DNA of 64,000 nt from assembly GCA_013265495.1 (NCBI GenBank), contig MU058769.1:520477-584476 (forward strand), in the 5' to 3' direction. The position numbers were made by a program, and so were the translations under genes. Shown one piece after another: positions 28,669 to 41,829 of this stretch. The notes under the pieces were generated by a model. That model was given only the letters and a program-made list of their open reading frames with translations. It had not been told where the DNA came from and made no database searches. Numbering within the stretch: position 1 is the stretch's first letter; every line of letters starts with the position of its first letter. This stretch comes from Vicugna vicugna (lineage: Eukaryota).

Positions 28669-29113
28669 CTGGCATACCTTGGAGATACTGCAGGTTCAGT
28701 TCCAGACCACTGCAATAAAGCAAATATCAAAATAAAGCAAGTCTCACAAATCCTCTGGCTTCCCAATGCATACGAAAGTTATGTTTATACTATACTGTAG
28801 TCTATTAAGTGTGCAACAACAGCATTATGTCTAAAAAAAAGTACATACCTTAATTTAAAAATACTTTATTGCTAAAACAATACAAGAGTAACACTGAAGA
28901 TCACTCATCACAGATCATCATAACAAGTAAGAAAAGTTTGAAACGTGGCGGGAATTACCAAAGTAACACAGAGACATGAAGTGAGCAAATGCTGTTGGAA
29001 AAATGGGAGTGACGGACTTGTTCAATGCAGGGTTGCCACAAACCTTCAATCTGTAAAAACACAGTATCAGCAAAGCTTAATAAAGCTAAGCTCAATAAGA
29101 TGAGGTATGCCTG
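28669..29113. mobile_element. Tigger1-derived internally deleted DNA transposon inserted in L1 ORF2
   Basis: TIRs C(T)GGCATACCT ... AGGTATGCCTG with TA duplication (28667-28668 / 29114-29115). Confidence 0.85.
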
Positions 29114-30049
29114 TAACGGGTCTGTTCAGATTTTCTATTTCTTCATGATTCAGTCTTGGTAGGTTGTACAGTTCTAGGAATTTATCCATTTCTTCTAGGT
29201 TGTCCAATTTATTGGTAAATAACCGTTCATAGTAGTCTCTTGAGTTACCAGGTATTAATGTCTCTTTCATTTCTGATTTGAATCCCCTTTTTTCCTGGGT
29301 AAGTCTACCTACAAGTTTCTCTATTTTATCTTTTTAAAAAGCCAGCTCTTCATTTCATTGATCTTTTCTACTATTTCTCTATTTCATTTATTTCTACTCT
29401 GTTATTTATTTCCTTCCTTCTGCTAACATTGAGTTTAGATTGTTCTTCTTTCTCTAGTTCCTGGAGGTGAAAAATTAGATTATTTGAAATCTCTCTTATT
29501 TCTTAATGTACGCATTTGTTGCTATGAACTTCCCTTTTAGAAGTGCTTTTGCTGCATCCCATAGGTTTTGTATTTTGTATATCGCATTTCTATTTTCATT
29601 TGTCTCTGGGTATTTTTTAACTTATCTTAGTTCTTCTTTGACCTGTTGTTCAGTAGCATGTTGTTTAAGCTCTACTTACTTGAGAATTTTCCAGTTTTCT
29701 TCTTGTAATTGATTTCTTGTTTCATACCATTTTGGCCAGAAAAGATTCTTGATATGAGTCAATCTTCTTGAATTTATGAAGACTTGTTTTGTGGCCTAAC
29801 ATATCATCTACCTTAGAGAATGGTCCATGTAGGTGCATTCTGTTGCTGTTGGATGGATTGCTCTGTACATGTCTGTGAAATCCATCTAGTCTAACCTATC
29901 ATTTAAGGCCAATGTTCCCTTATTGATTTTGTCTGGATGATTTATCCACTGATGAAAGTAGGGTATTAAGGTCCCCTATTATTATATTGCTGTCTATTTC
30001 TCCCTTTAGGTCTGTTAAAATTTACTTTATATATTTAGGTGCTCCTAAA

Positions 30050-32890
30050 ACCTGCCCCCTTTCTTATCTCAGTTAGGAACACCACCTAGTGACCCAAGAC
30101 AGAAATTGAGAGTCATCTATTCACAATTCCTTCCCTCTCCTCCCATATATAACCAATCTCCAAATTCTGGTACCATCTCCTGGATCCATCTCATCTTCTC
30201 AGCTCCTATACCCTCTTCTCCACTCCCATGACTTACAGGCAGAGAATTCAGTTAATGGGACAAGACCTCCAGAGTTCTTTTCTGCATCCAGGAGAACAGC
30301 AGGCTATGTTCCAGTGGTGGCTGCTCTATTAGGCTCTTTCAGCCTTTATCCCTGAATAACTAAAATCTCTAAGCTATCTTTGATGGACACATGTAGTGTG
30401 AATGAGAAACTGTTGTTTCAAGCTGTCGAGGTTTAGGGGTTGTTTCTTACCCATCATACTCAGGTCTATCCTGATTTCAACATCTTCTGCACAGCCTACT
30501 ACAATAGCCTCCTAACAAGTGTCTCTTCCTCTAATTTAAATCCCCTGGAGGTTATTTCTCCAAGTTGCTACCAGAGCTACCTTTATAAAACAATCATTCC
30601 ATTTCTCTAATTAAAATCTCCAGAGGTTCCTCTTTGCCTTAAACTATTCCAAATGTCTTAATATAGCTCTTAAAGTCTAGCATAAAATTAGGCTCTATAT
30701 ACATCCTCTCCAGCCATTCAAAATAATGTTACCTCTCCATACATACCATTCTTCAATACTTCTGGGTCTTTGTCCAAGCTACTCTATCTGCATGAAATGC
30801 ATTTCCACCTTATCTTTGCCTGACAAACTCCTTGTCAACTATCCCACCTATTCTGTCAAGCTATCCAAATTCGGCTCTCTTCTCAAGGTCCCTATTTTAC
30901 AAACCCTCTTTACTGGAACACACAAGCCCCCTCATTCAAAATGATGTCTCCTCCATCAAAAGGAATATCAAGATCCTAAGACTGGCGCTCCCTCAAATTC
31001 CTTTGTTCAGTTACCAAATATTTGTCCCCACCCCTTTCTTTACCTTCTCCTTCTATCTTAACGAAGATCAATAACAATTGATCTACCTGTGCTCTGGATT
31101 TTATCTTCTCTTCATCCTCAAAGACCTCACTTCATTATCATCACTCTCTATTGTCTTGCTCAAATGTCTCATCTTAAAAAACTCTTCCTTGAACCCCACA
31201 TGCCCTCCCTACTGTCCTCTCTCTCCATCTCTCTGCAATCATCTTGTAATACAGGGCTTATCTGCCTTTTCTTTCCCATCTCCTATTTATTCCACAGCCC
31301 AAAACAATTTGGTCTCTGCTCTCACCACTTCAGTGACCCTGATCTCACTGATGTCACCAATGACCGAGTGCCAAATCCAGCACCAAGTGTCTTTATACTT
31401 GACCACTTCACTACACACTGACACAATTCTTTTCCTCCTCCTTGAAAGTTTCTTCTCTAAGTTCCTATCATTTAAACTTTTTTGGTTTTCTATCTACCTT
31501 CCTGGCCTCCTCAGTTTTCTTCCAGGGCTCCCCTGCTAGCAGCCACATCTTTAACTGTCAGTGTTCTCCAAGACTCCTTCCTCAGCCTTCAGCTCTTCAG
31601 TCTCAACACGATCCTTGGATAAACAAAACCCATCACTTCACCTACAATGTATATACACTGTTGACTCCCAAATGTCGCAGCAGTCCCAATTTCTCTTTCC
31701 AACTCCAGACTGGTGCATCTAACTTCCTATCAGGCATTTCCACAGGGTTCCACAGGTACCTCAAATTCAACCAGTCCAAAACAAAACACCTCACCTTTAT
31801 TCCCAAACATGCATCTTCCTGTATTCCCTAACTCATAAATGATGTCACCATCCATCTTGGCATGGAACCCAGAAAACTAGGAGTTATCCAAGAGCTCATC
31901 CCTCTCACAACTGTACTCACACACATACACAGATCTCCAAGTCTAACAGATTCTATGTCCTAAATATCTCTTTAATTGGTTCATCCCTGTGAGCTTGCAG
32001 GACCTCTTTAGAACCTATTTCTTATCTTGATTATTTTGACTGTCCCTAAACTGGATTCCCTGATTCTAGTCTATTTTTCAATCCAGCTGCCAAACTGCTA
32101 AAAGCAATCTTTCAAAAAAATAATCCTTCAATAGTTTTTATAGTTTAAGACAAAAGTTAAAACCTTCAGCCTATCAAAAAAGGTCTTCAAGATTAGGTCT
32201 CCCTACTTATCTCTATAGCCTTTTATCTTAACTAATTTCCAAAAACATCCCATGTGTAGGCACATCCTGCTCCCTGCACTTTGTCAAAGGTATCATGCTG
32301 CTCTGCTCTACACCCCCATCATTTATACAGGCAGTTCCTCCCTCGAACTCTCTTCCCCAAACTTCTCTACCTGGCCAACTCCTGTCTGCCCGTCAAGGTT
32401 CATAACCCCCTGACAGAAAGTCTTTCCAGATCTCCACTGTGTTTCCAAAGCACCTTGTGCATTTCTCTAGTTCAGAGTTCATCAGGCTGCAGTATCACTG
32501 ATTAACTGGTCTGCCTAAACCCTCTGAAGGTAAGAATTATGTCTTACTCTTTTACATCCCCAGAACCTAATACTGTATCTACTGATATGCTGCTTGAATT
32601 AATGAATACATTGAGACTCAATTCAAACTATATCTCCTCTGAAAAGCTGAATCTGATCCTGTCATTCAGAGTTAAGCATTCCTCCTCCTTGTTCTCATAT
32701 TACATTTTATCACTACCTCATAACACTTACGACCTTGTAGTTTACTTATTTTTTTGTAATCTATTATAAAACATGAGCTCCTTGACGATAGAGACAGTGT
32801 CGCACCTATCTTAGTATCTTCAGCATATAACACAACATCTAACAAATAACAGGTACCTACTGAACATTTGAGTAAATGAATGAGTTGCTC
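30050..32890 (+). mobile_element. Cluster of degraded L2 fragments
   Basis: CT-rich L2 motifs cacaggtacctcaaattcaaccagtccaaaac and the 3' end tgagtaaatgaatga. Confidence 0.6.
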
Positions 32891-33006
32891 TTTTCATAAA
32901 TTTTCTTTAAGTATTACTTTGGAAGCAGTTCTGCAAATCTGACTTGAAGATCACTCTTTCTACTATAAAAATACAGAAAAACCAGAAACTAAGAGATCTT
33001 CTAACA

Positions 33007-33166
33007 TGCTGGGTTTTTGTTTTTGTTTTGTTTTCTTGAGGGGGATGTAATTAGGTTTGTTTATGTTTGTTCCTTTGTTTGTTTGTAGGAAAGGTAATGG
33101 GGATTGAACCCATGCCCTCATGCGTGCTAAACACATGCTCTACCACTTGAGCTATACCCTCCCCCA
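33007..33166 (-). mobile_element. tRNA-Ala-derived SINE
   Basis: Reverse complement reads gggggagggtatagctcaagtggtagagcatgtg...gggttcaatcccc. TSD AGATYTTCTAACA at 32994-33006 / 33167-33179 (12/13). Confidence 0.88.
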
Positions 33167-33430
33167 AGATTTTCTAACAAAGAACTGTCCTGGAAAGAAA
33201 ACATATAGGTGATGTTTATTCTAACAAAGACTAAAAATAAACTGAGTTTCTCCGATTTCTAAGCAAATACTACATAATAGGCTCACAGTGCACCAAAGCA
33301 GTTAACTAACAGGACTGGATCTATGTTAAGTGAAAACAGCTGGGTTGGTAAGACGAAACAGTGGCAAGTGAATGCCTGTAATTCTTAATTGAAAATCTAT
33401 AATCTTTCCAGAGGGCCTCAAGTGGCAGAC

Positions 33431-33516
33431 TGTGTGTGTGTACGTGTGTGCGCGCGCGCGCGCGCGTGTTGTGTGTACGTGTGTGTGTGTGTACGTTATG
33501 TGTACATATATATATG
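33431..33516. repeat. Compound (TG)n/(CG)8/(TA)n microsatellite
   Basis: Read directly; (CG)8 spans 33451-33466. Confidence 0.95.
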
Positions 33517-35269
33517 GCTAAATTTGTGTCCCCTACTGTGGGAATTGAGCAAAACACAAGTCAACAATAAAGGACAGAACAGAAGAAACAGAAGAAACTC
33601 ATGGCCTAAAATACATTACTGATCTGAACAGATCCTATGATCCAGCCAGTCCGCTAAACTGAAAAGACAATTGCCATTTCCCAACCTTTAAAAAACTAAT
33701 AAAAGCAATGTTAATGCCAAAGAGAAAAAGGAAGAATTAGAGCACGAAGAAATAAAGCAATATTTTCTCTCTGCCAATATTAACTTCAATGCTATTCTGT
33801 TACCCAACACTAGAGAACACTATTAAGACTAGTAATCTGATCATGTTTAATATAGACCGTCCTTCAGTGAAGTAGATTATGCTTGCTGACTGTAGCCACC
33901 AAACAGATGTAAATACATCCCAGGTACATGGAAAGTGTGCTCATTAATATCTGTAGATACCTCTTTGTTCCTTTTTGTATTATCTACTAACTATAGGTAA
34001 AGTAAACTATTGAAGCCAGCCTAAGAATCCATTAAGTGCAGCTTCAATCTCAAGTGTTTACATTTTAAATCAGTACATGTATCAAGAAGTATTACTGTAC
34101 TTAACCTTGAAATACTTCCAAAAGTCATCCTGTACTCCAGAAGAAAACAAACCATCAACTCCATTTTACATACAAAGACACTGATTCAGCAAGAGTTAAT
34201 GAGGGTAAACTCAGCAAAGCCTCAGAGAACTTCAAAAAGGGTCTTAAAAATTCAAGAGTTAAGCACTGGCTCTGATTTTACTCCCTCACAAAGCATACAG
34301 AAACCAAACAGGTTGGATTTCTTTTTCAGTCCTCCTGTCTTACTGGTCAATTACACTTAATTTTTCAGCCCTCATACTCATTCAGTTAAAAAGAAAGAAA
34401 AAATATTTCTGCACTATCATATAAGGAAAACACTCCAAGCGCAAACCCTCTCTGTCTTGTTTCTTTACAGTCAAAAATACTGCTAGGACGGAGAGTAAAA
34501 CACAAAGAATAAATTTTAAACCAAGTAACTCTGGAAGGAAAATAAGAATTGGAAAGGGGGGTAACTAATACAAGGCTGAAGATACCATGATAATGGAAAA
34601 GGTAAAACTTTGGTGGTACAGGCACCAAGGGCAAAAACTTCGTTCAGGATTTCAGTTGTTGGCCTTACAGCTCTGGCCCAAATCAAGACTCTAATAATGA
34701 TCTCTCTTGGGTATAGTTTAGCTACGAGGGGCAAAACAACTGCCAAAATCACGATCTAGAACACACACCTCTAGAATATATGTCTCAAATCATCTAATTT
34801 TTTCTTTCTCTTTTCCCTGTAGCTAGTAGACAAAAATCACATGCTCTAGAGAGCTCTCTTGGCACTGGAGAGATCACGATCCTAGCAAATTTAACTTCAG
34901 TGAGAGCAGGAAACTCGGAATGGAATATACAGAGGGAAATATGGTGAAGACAAAGAGGAATTCAACTTTGTGGAAAAGAGGTAGACAAAATGAGAGGTCT
35001 GGGATTCCCTGGAAGGGTTCCAGAACATTACACCTAAATCAAAGAGGGTTTCTGTCATTGTTTTGAGGTGGAGAGGTGCCCAACTGAAACAATGGTGTAC
35101 CCCAAGGCAAGGTGTGAGAAAGGGGAAAGTAAAAGAGTAAGTAATTCATCTGTAGCTGAAGCCTAACCCTGAGAGCAAAGGGAAAACAGCAAAGTATAAG
35201 GCAAGTGAGATAAAGTAGCCACATTTTTTAAAAAATCTTTTGCCTTTCTTTGTACTAGGAACAAGACAT

Positions 35270-36460
35270 TTAAAAGTTTTAAGCAAAAGAAAATAACAGA
35301 TTTTCATACAAAACTCAACGAAATATTAGGAGCAAGACTAGAGGAAGGAGGCCAGTTAAAGGCCATCAGAGTTATCCAGATAAGAGATGGTGATCTCATG
35401 AACTAAGGAAATGGCAGTGCTGATGGAGAGAAATGAAAAGATTCAAGGGAAATTGAGGAGATAAGCAGCTACATAACTTTATCATTATTGGATGTTAAAG
35501 AGTAAGGACTCAAGTATGACATCCTGGTTTCTGGCTTTGCATCTAGGTGGTATGATTCAAAGAAAAAAGAACCGAGAAAGAACAGATATTCATGGAAAAA
35601 TTATTTTTGCTCTTGTGATGTTGAGTCTGAGGTGCTGTGTAACAGTTAAACGGAGATGTTCAAGAGACCATCGAATAAATGGGCTAGAGCTCAGGCGAGA
35701 GATCAGAACTGGACACAGAGACTCACAAATTGTCAGCTTATAATAACAGACGCCGAGTGAAACCATCAGGGTGGATGAGACTGACAGACTATGTGATGCT
35801 CTTCTAAACGTCATCCCAGACAAACTACCAGAGGCATCAGAAACACCTGGAATGTTTGTTAAAATACAGATTCCTAGGCTCCATCCTACGCCTACTAAAT
35901 CAAAATCTCTAGTGATAAGGCCTAAGAGCCCACATTTCATTCATGCCATAAATGTGCACTGAGGGACTATTCTAGGCACTAGGAATACAACCAGTTCCTT
36001 GTACTCATAAGTTTTGGGTGCTAGGTATAGCCAGACTGTAGACAAGAAAATAAACAGGGTAACTTAAGATAGTGGGAAGTGCTATGGAGGTAATAAAACA
36101 AGAGGAATGTAATGAAGGAATAGTAAGAAAGGGAAAGTGTAGTACAAGGAAAGTCAGAGCAACTGGCAGGGGAAAGATCATGAAAGCTTTTGAAAGCATT
36201 CATTTTTAACAAATTCTCCAAGAGATGCTTGTGCCATTAACGTTCAAGAATCAGAGAGGGAGAATACAACAGCGACCTTACGAAAAACACACACTTAAGA
36301 GATGAGCAGGAGAAAAAGAGCCAGGAATGCAAATGGAAAAGAAAGTGGTGTCACTGAAACACTTCAAGAAAGAGAAGGGTCAACAATGACAAAAGCTCCA
36401 AAAAACTAGAATAAGATAAGAATGAAAAGAAGTCCATTAGATTTAATAAGGTCCACCATG
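35270..36460 (-). mobile_element. L2 remnant interrupted by a MER5A-like hAT MITE (~35795-36258), itself interrupted by an L2 3' fragment (~35937-36200)
   Basis: MER5 core atcagaaacacctgg...aaaatacagattcctaggctccatcc resumes at ttttaacaaattctcc (~36203). Confidence 0.55.
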
Positions 36461-37279
36461 TTCTTTCCACTGATTTTGATGACTGCTGGGAGCTGCTCCA
36501 CCAACAGCTCTAGAAACACTAAGTGACTTCTTGTAGAGGTGTACATTCACCTACTACCCATCCATAGAACACTGCTTCCTGGAAGTTATCAGCTGATTAC
36601 TGTCCTAGACATTTTTGCCTTTTCCTACAGAATCACAAAGGAAGGATAAGGAGAAAGTATAATTTGTGAGTATGGGGAGCGAATGTATTTCAAATGCATC
36701 CCTTACGTTTGAATTGTCACTGCCTTGACTACTTTCCTCCTAGCTCTGTTATGAAGCTTACCCAAGTCTGAACCACCCTTCTCCAAGTCACGAAGAATGC
36801 CCATAATGCTGCTCACATGCCAAAACGATGCAGAAACTCTTACAACTAACAAATGCAACAAAAACACTGCCCCCACAAAAATATGAACTGCGTACTTGGA
36901 AAATCTAGTCTTTTAATATGAATGCTGATATTACTTTAAGGTCTGATAAGCTTTTAGGAAAGAGAAAGTGCTCTGCAGATACGAAATATGGCTTTGATGC
37001 TTACTAATAATACATACTCCAGCACAAATGTTAGCAACCTTGAAATATACCAAAAGCATCCATACAAGGAAGATAATGAACCAAGTGGCAGAGTAAACTA
37101 GTTATGAAGTTAAGTCTATTCTGTACACTAGATTAGAATTGTACAGAAGACTAATAGTGGGAGCAAAATTACCTCCAAAAAATCAAAATAGAATTTGACT
37201 AGTCTGCAGACCAGCTTTTTCTTTTCTTTGCCCACTACAGGCTCACAATCAACAAACATCAATCAGAAATAAACTGAGT

Positions 37280-37539
37280 GGGGTAGGAAGGGATAAACTG
37301 GGAGTTAGAGATTTGCAGATACTAACTGGTATATATAAAATAGATAAACAGTTTATACTGTATAGCACAGGGAACTATATTCAGTATCTTGTAGCAGCTT
37401 ACGGTGAGAAAGAATATGAAAATGAATATACGTATATTTGTGTATGACTGAAGCATTGTGCTGTACACCAGAAATTGACACAACATTGTAAACTGACTAT
37501 ACCTCAATAAAAATAAATAAATGAATAAATAAATAAGTA
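37280..37539 (+). mobile_element. Young 5'-truncated L1 3' end
   Basis: TSD AGAAAKAAACTGAGT at 37265-37279 / 37540-37554 (14/15); AATAAA and (TAAA)n tail. Confidence 0.88.
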
Positions 37540-38504
37540 AGAAAGAAACTGAGTTATTTTAAACCCTGATGATTACCTCACTTATCTCTACACTTTCAGC
37601 TCTATAGGATAAGGACTTAAGCTGAGATCTTTTGGGACCTCAGAGTAACTGCACGGGTGCAAAACTAGTTTTTACTTGCCTGCAAAAGATTTTGAGGTCT
37701 CCAATGAAAAACAAAACAAAAACAAGCTGTAAAACATACTATTAATGCCTTTAGAGAAATGGAAGGATCAGACTATTGGTCTACATCAGGGTAGAGACCA
37801 TACAAGGGCATTTAACAACTAGCTTCATTTTTTTACCCCAAGAAAATACCCAGAGAAGCCTGAAATTGTCTCCCAGGAAAAAAAAATCAAAGTCTTTGAC
37901 AATTTAGAAACATCACAGTGTGACAAACAAGCAAGCAATTAAAGGGACTGAAAAGATTTTTTTTTTTATTTTCTTGTAGTTAGCAAACTAAGGAGGAATA
38001 GAATAAGATGAGTCCTTTAAAAATACCAGAAGTGTTTTGACTATTAGGAGACAAGACTGCTTGAGGCTTTTGTACCTTTTCTCCTTATCCTCTCTCATCT
38101 CTAGGCTGGGGTTCCCAATTTGATCAGTTCTTTTAAAAGCACAGAAAAGCACTCTGGGAAACTTACTGTCAAAACCTGAAAGCTTAAACAGCTTTTCCAG
38201 TATAGGTTCAAACAACTGGACTGAACAACTCAAGAGATCTTGCAAAAAGCACAAAGAACTCCTGGATTTAGGAAGCATCTCAGAATCTTTCCTTTCACAC
38301 ACCCCAAGTAAAAACGGTGAAATCACTGCATGTTATTGTAACTAAGGGCTTTCAACATTAATTTTTTTAAGTGTTGGAGAAAACAGATACATGCTAAGGA
38401 AATCTAAGGGAACTCAAAGAGGAGTCAAAAGAGATCAAGGTTAAGAAATCTTTCCTATCTATACCTGTTTTTAGAAGTAAACTCATACTTAAGAAGGAAT
38501 GGAC

Positions 38505-38641
38505 GGCGGGGAGGATATAGCTCAAGTGGTAGAGCGCATGCTTAGCATACACAAGGTCCTGGGTTCATTTCCCAGTACTTCCCCTAAAAATAAAGAAGTT
38601 TACCTCCCCCTACAAAAAATAATTAAAAATTAAAAAAAAAA
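38505..38641 (+). mobile_element. tRNA-Ala-derived SINE
   Basis: ggggaggatatagctcaagtggtagagcgcatgcttagcat...gggttc body with A-tail. Perfect 14-bp TSD AAGAAGGAATGGAC at 38491-38504 / 38642-38655. Confidence 0.9.
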
Positions 38642-40309
38642 AAGAAGGAATGGACAGAGTAACTTTATTGGAGAGATGAAACAAGTGCTACACTGCTAAA
38701 GGGGCAACCATTGTAAGAACAAAAGGTAACCACCAGAAGACTATATTAAGTGGAATGTTTTCTTGACAGAGTGTGAGAAGGACATAGCTAGAGGAAAATA
38801 CTAAGGCCACCGGGCATGAAAAAGGCCTCTAAAATTAGACCCACCAACTGTATTCATGCACACATATTCAAGCCATGAGTCCAGTTATTTTTCTTACTTA
38901 TAAGTGGGCAGCACATTCCACAGGCGGACGCTTAGTCCTTTACCCCATCTTTCAAGTACACAGGAAAACCTCATTAAGAAAGCACACAAACACACAGTTT
39001 CACAAAACTCTCTCCTCTGTACTTCCTGGGACCATGCAACCAAAATGCGTTCCTCAAAATTTGCGTTTTCCTGAAAGCTTTCATTGAGTTCCTGACAAGA
39101 TCTGGAACGGGAGTAAGTTCATCATTCAGAAACCATTACCTACACTGAAACATCAGTACTCAGTATTTATCTCTAAGGAGTGAGAACAGGGCACAGAGGT
39201 GTCTGAATATCTCTGGGGCCTGAGAAAGACTTCCTAGAAACTTTGTGAAAGGATTTTAAAAGTGACAAGAGAAGTGCAGTAGAGCTTTTACCTATCTGCC
39301 AAAATAATGGCAGAAATTTTTCACAAAATGACAACTAACATACTTTTGACACTGTTACTTATTTACACTAATAATAACAGAACCAGACCCAGTCAATAGA
39401 TACAAGATCCCCAATTCTCCCCAACTCTCCCACCCCCTGACCCAAACCATTCTCTCACAGGCCTAGCTGTTTTCAATGTCCTAGCAAAAGTTTAAGCAAA
39501 AATCTAACTTTGCACCAGCATTCCCACAAAGTGTTAAAACCACTACCTCACTTCTTTTGCCTTCCTAAGCTGGAAAACAGTGGCCAGGACAGCCCCAAAG
39601 AGAAATCTCATCCAGGCCACTCTAGCCAGAAGGTCAATGAAGGTAACAGATGCACCAATCAAGAAAGGAAAAAACAAACAAGGGATAATCCACAGGACTC
39701 AGGGGGCCAGCTCCTTTTACCTTCAGATTTAGTATAATTTAGTTGCTAAAAATGACCCCAAAAATGGATTGGCGGAAACAAGGATCAGACACCAAACATT
39801 CCACCATTGTTAGAGAAAGCTAGCCTTAAAGTTTTCAAGCTCAACCATCTCCACATGAATGGGGGAAAAAATCTAACCCAAACAGCCCAGACTATAAATA
39901 CTAATTTATTCAGTCTACTGAAAAATTCAAAGTGGAACCAGCATGCTCAGCTCTCTGGGGTCAGAGGTAAGAATGGTGATATTTATCTCAACAGGAATGC
40001 AAACAAACCTCAAGGGGAGAGCCTGGAGCAGTAAAAATTCAGACCACAGGACATCGGAGATAATCTTCCTCCAAGACCATCAGCACCAAAGATCTCCACA
40101 CTCAATTCTCTCTGCCCTCAAAGTGCTTCATTCAATGACCTGAACACACAATACTTCTATCAAAAGAGAAATGTGGCAAGAACTGACAGAAAAAAAAGCT
40201 CAAGTTCTTCCAAAAAGTACCTTACACAATCCTACTGAAAATCCACTCCGCATCTCCAATCATGATCAGAAATTCATGACAATGAGAGTTCAAGAATAAA
40301 TTTCTTTTT

Positions 40310-40810
40310 CTATTCAGTCAATAAATTTGCTGAGCATCTACTGCATGTCAAGTGCTCTGTTAAATGCTGAAGACACATCAACAAAACAAGACTATCTACT
40401 GAAGTACTTTCTAACACAAGAGACTAAATATATATGGTATGTTATAGGTTGATAATGGATAAGGAGGGAAGAAAAGCAAAGAAGTGGGACAGGGAGTTAT
40501 GTAAATATATGTGGAGGAGGGGGCTTTGCAATTTAGACAGCCAAGGAAATGTCACTGTTAAGAGTGACATTTGAGTAAAGACCTGAAGGAGGTGAGGGGA
40601 CAAGGTTACGCAGTTTTATAAGGAAAAGGTGATTCAGGAAAATCCAGGGAAGAAGTGCACAGCTGCCAAGGCAGAAGTGTGCCTGATGTGTTCAAGGAAC
40701 AGCCAGGAGATCAGTGAGTATATTGGGAGGGGGAAAGAGTGCTACAGATCTTGGGCTTTAAAGACAATTGTAAAGTCTCTGGTTTTTACTCTGATAGAGA
40801 CAGGAAGCCA
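40310..40810 (-). mobile_element. L2 3' remnant
   Basis: attcagtcaataaatttgctgagcatctact...gacatttgagtaaagacctgaagga. Confidence 0.7.
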
Positions 40811-41829
40811 AGATCTCCTCTTCCGACTCTTTTCAATTAAAACAATATCAGTCACCCTATTTTTATATATGAAAGCTTTAAAATTTTTGTTTTAAATTGA
40901 AGATCTCTAATACAGATCATACAGTGGACACAGAATTGTAACTCTGAATTTTAACTTCTGCTGACAGTTTATCAGACCTTCAAGAAAAGTTCTCTGTCCT
41001 CTCAACCCTGTGGAGAACAGCAACAAGGGAAGAAAAATGCAACAAAAATGAACTGAATTGGAGAAAAAAATAGTGAAAAAAATGAACAGAATTGACTATC
41101 TAAGCCATGCTAGTCTTGATGCCCCAGACTCCACAAGGGGAAAAAAATGAAAATATAGTAGAAAGAAAACAAAGGCCGGGGAAAAAGCATTAGGAAGAAA
41201 GAGAATCCACAAACAACTTATTCAAGTGCCAGTCTGACTATCCAGAAATACAATAAAATGTTAGGGATTGGTGACATTCCTTAAGTGGAACCTGTCACCT
41301 CGCTCCTCCCCAGTTTCCATGTTGCCTACCAACAACAGACAGGACTCCGGCTTCTCAATTTTAGGTAAGTCTATTTGAAAAAAATATATACAAGGACGTT
41401 CAACCAAGATCTGAGTTTAAATTTCTTCACACTTCTCTTTGGTTTAATGAACCTCTGGGGCTGTTATCCGGTCATTTCTCGTCATTACCCAAAAACAACT
41501 CACTCAGAGTGAATAAATATTCTGAGGAGTTACTAGGCTAATGGTCGCATATGCTGAAATTTTTGGCTCTACAGGAAAATGAATTCGAGAAGAGTTTTCA
41601 GAGCCTTAACAGTCAGTGATGAGCTTAGCGTAGGCTCAACTTTTAAGCTCCAGAAACATCTCCCTGAACGTTCCAACTCAAATCTCTGTCCCTGTAATAA
41701 CCTCGGACACAAGCACGATTTGAAACACTGCAACACCTTTCCCTCCCAATCTTGCAAAGCTTGAAGGAATACGGAGATCCAAGAAACACATGGAGCTAGT
41801 CACCCCCAGAGCACCACAAGGGCGCAACA

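Larger units (their letters stand above)
25410..30050 (-). mobile_element. L1 ~4.6 kb (ORF2 remnant + 3'UTR) with nested insertions
   Basis: Minus-strand remnants [40 protein letters not shown] and YDKGAKTVQWAKDGLFIKWYWENW are L1 ORF2p. Confidence 0.92.

Noticed and set aside
31078..31831. Overlapping 110-153 aa Leu/Ser-rich ORFs
   Set aside because: They lie in CT-rich degraded L2 sequence, with no splice or domain support.
38505..38585. tRNA-Ala(AGC)-like gene (also at 7213, 10730, 33007, 52723)
   Set aside because: Has A-rich tails and TSDs with degenerate acceptor and T stems, so these are SINE copies rather than tRNA genes.
1..41800. Hidden protein-coding gene or processed pseudogene in the long AT-rich region
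   Set aside because: No ORF resembles a recognisable cellular protein, and much of the region is explained by transposon remnants. Small exons cannot be excluded without transcript data.
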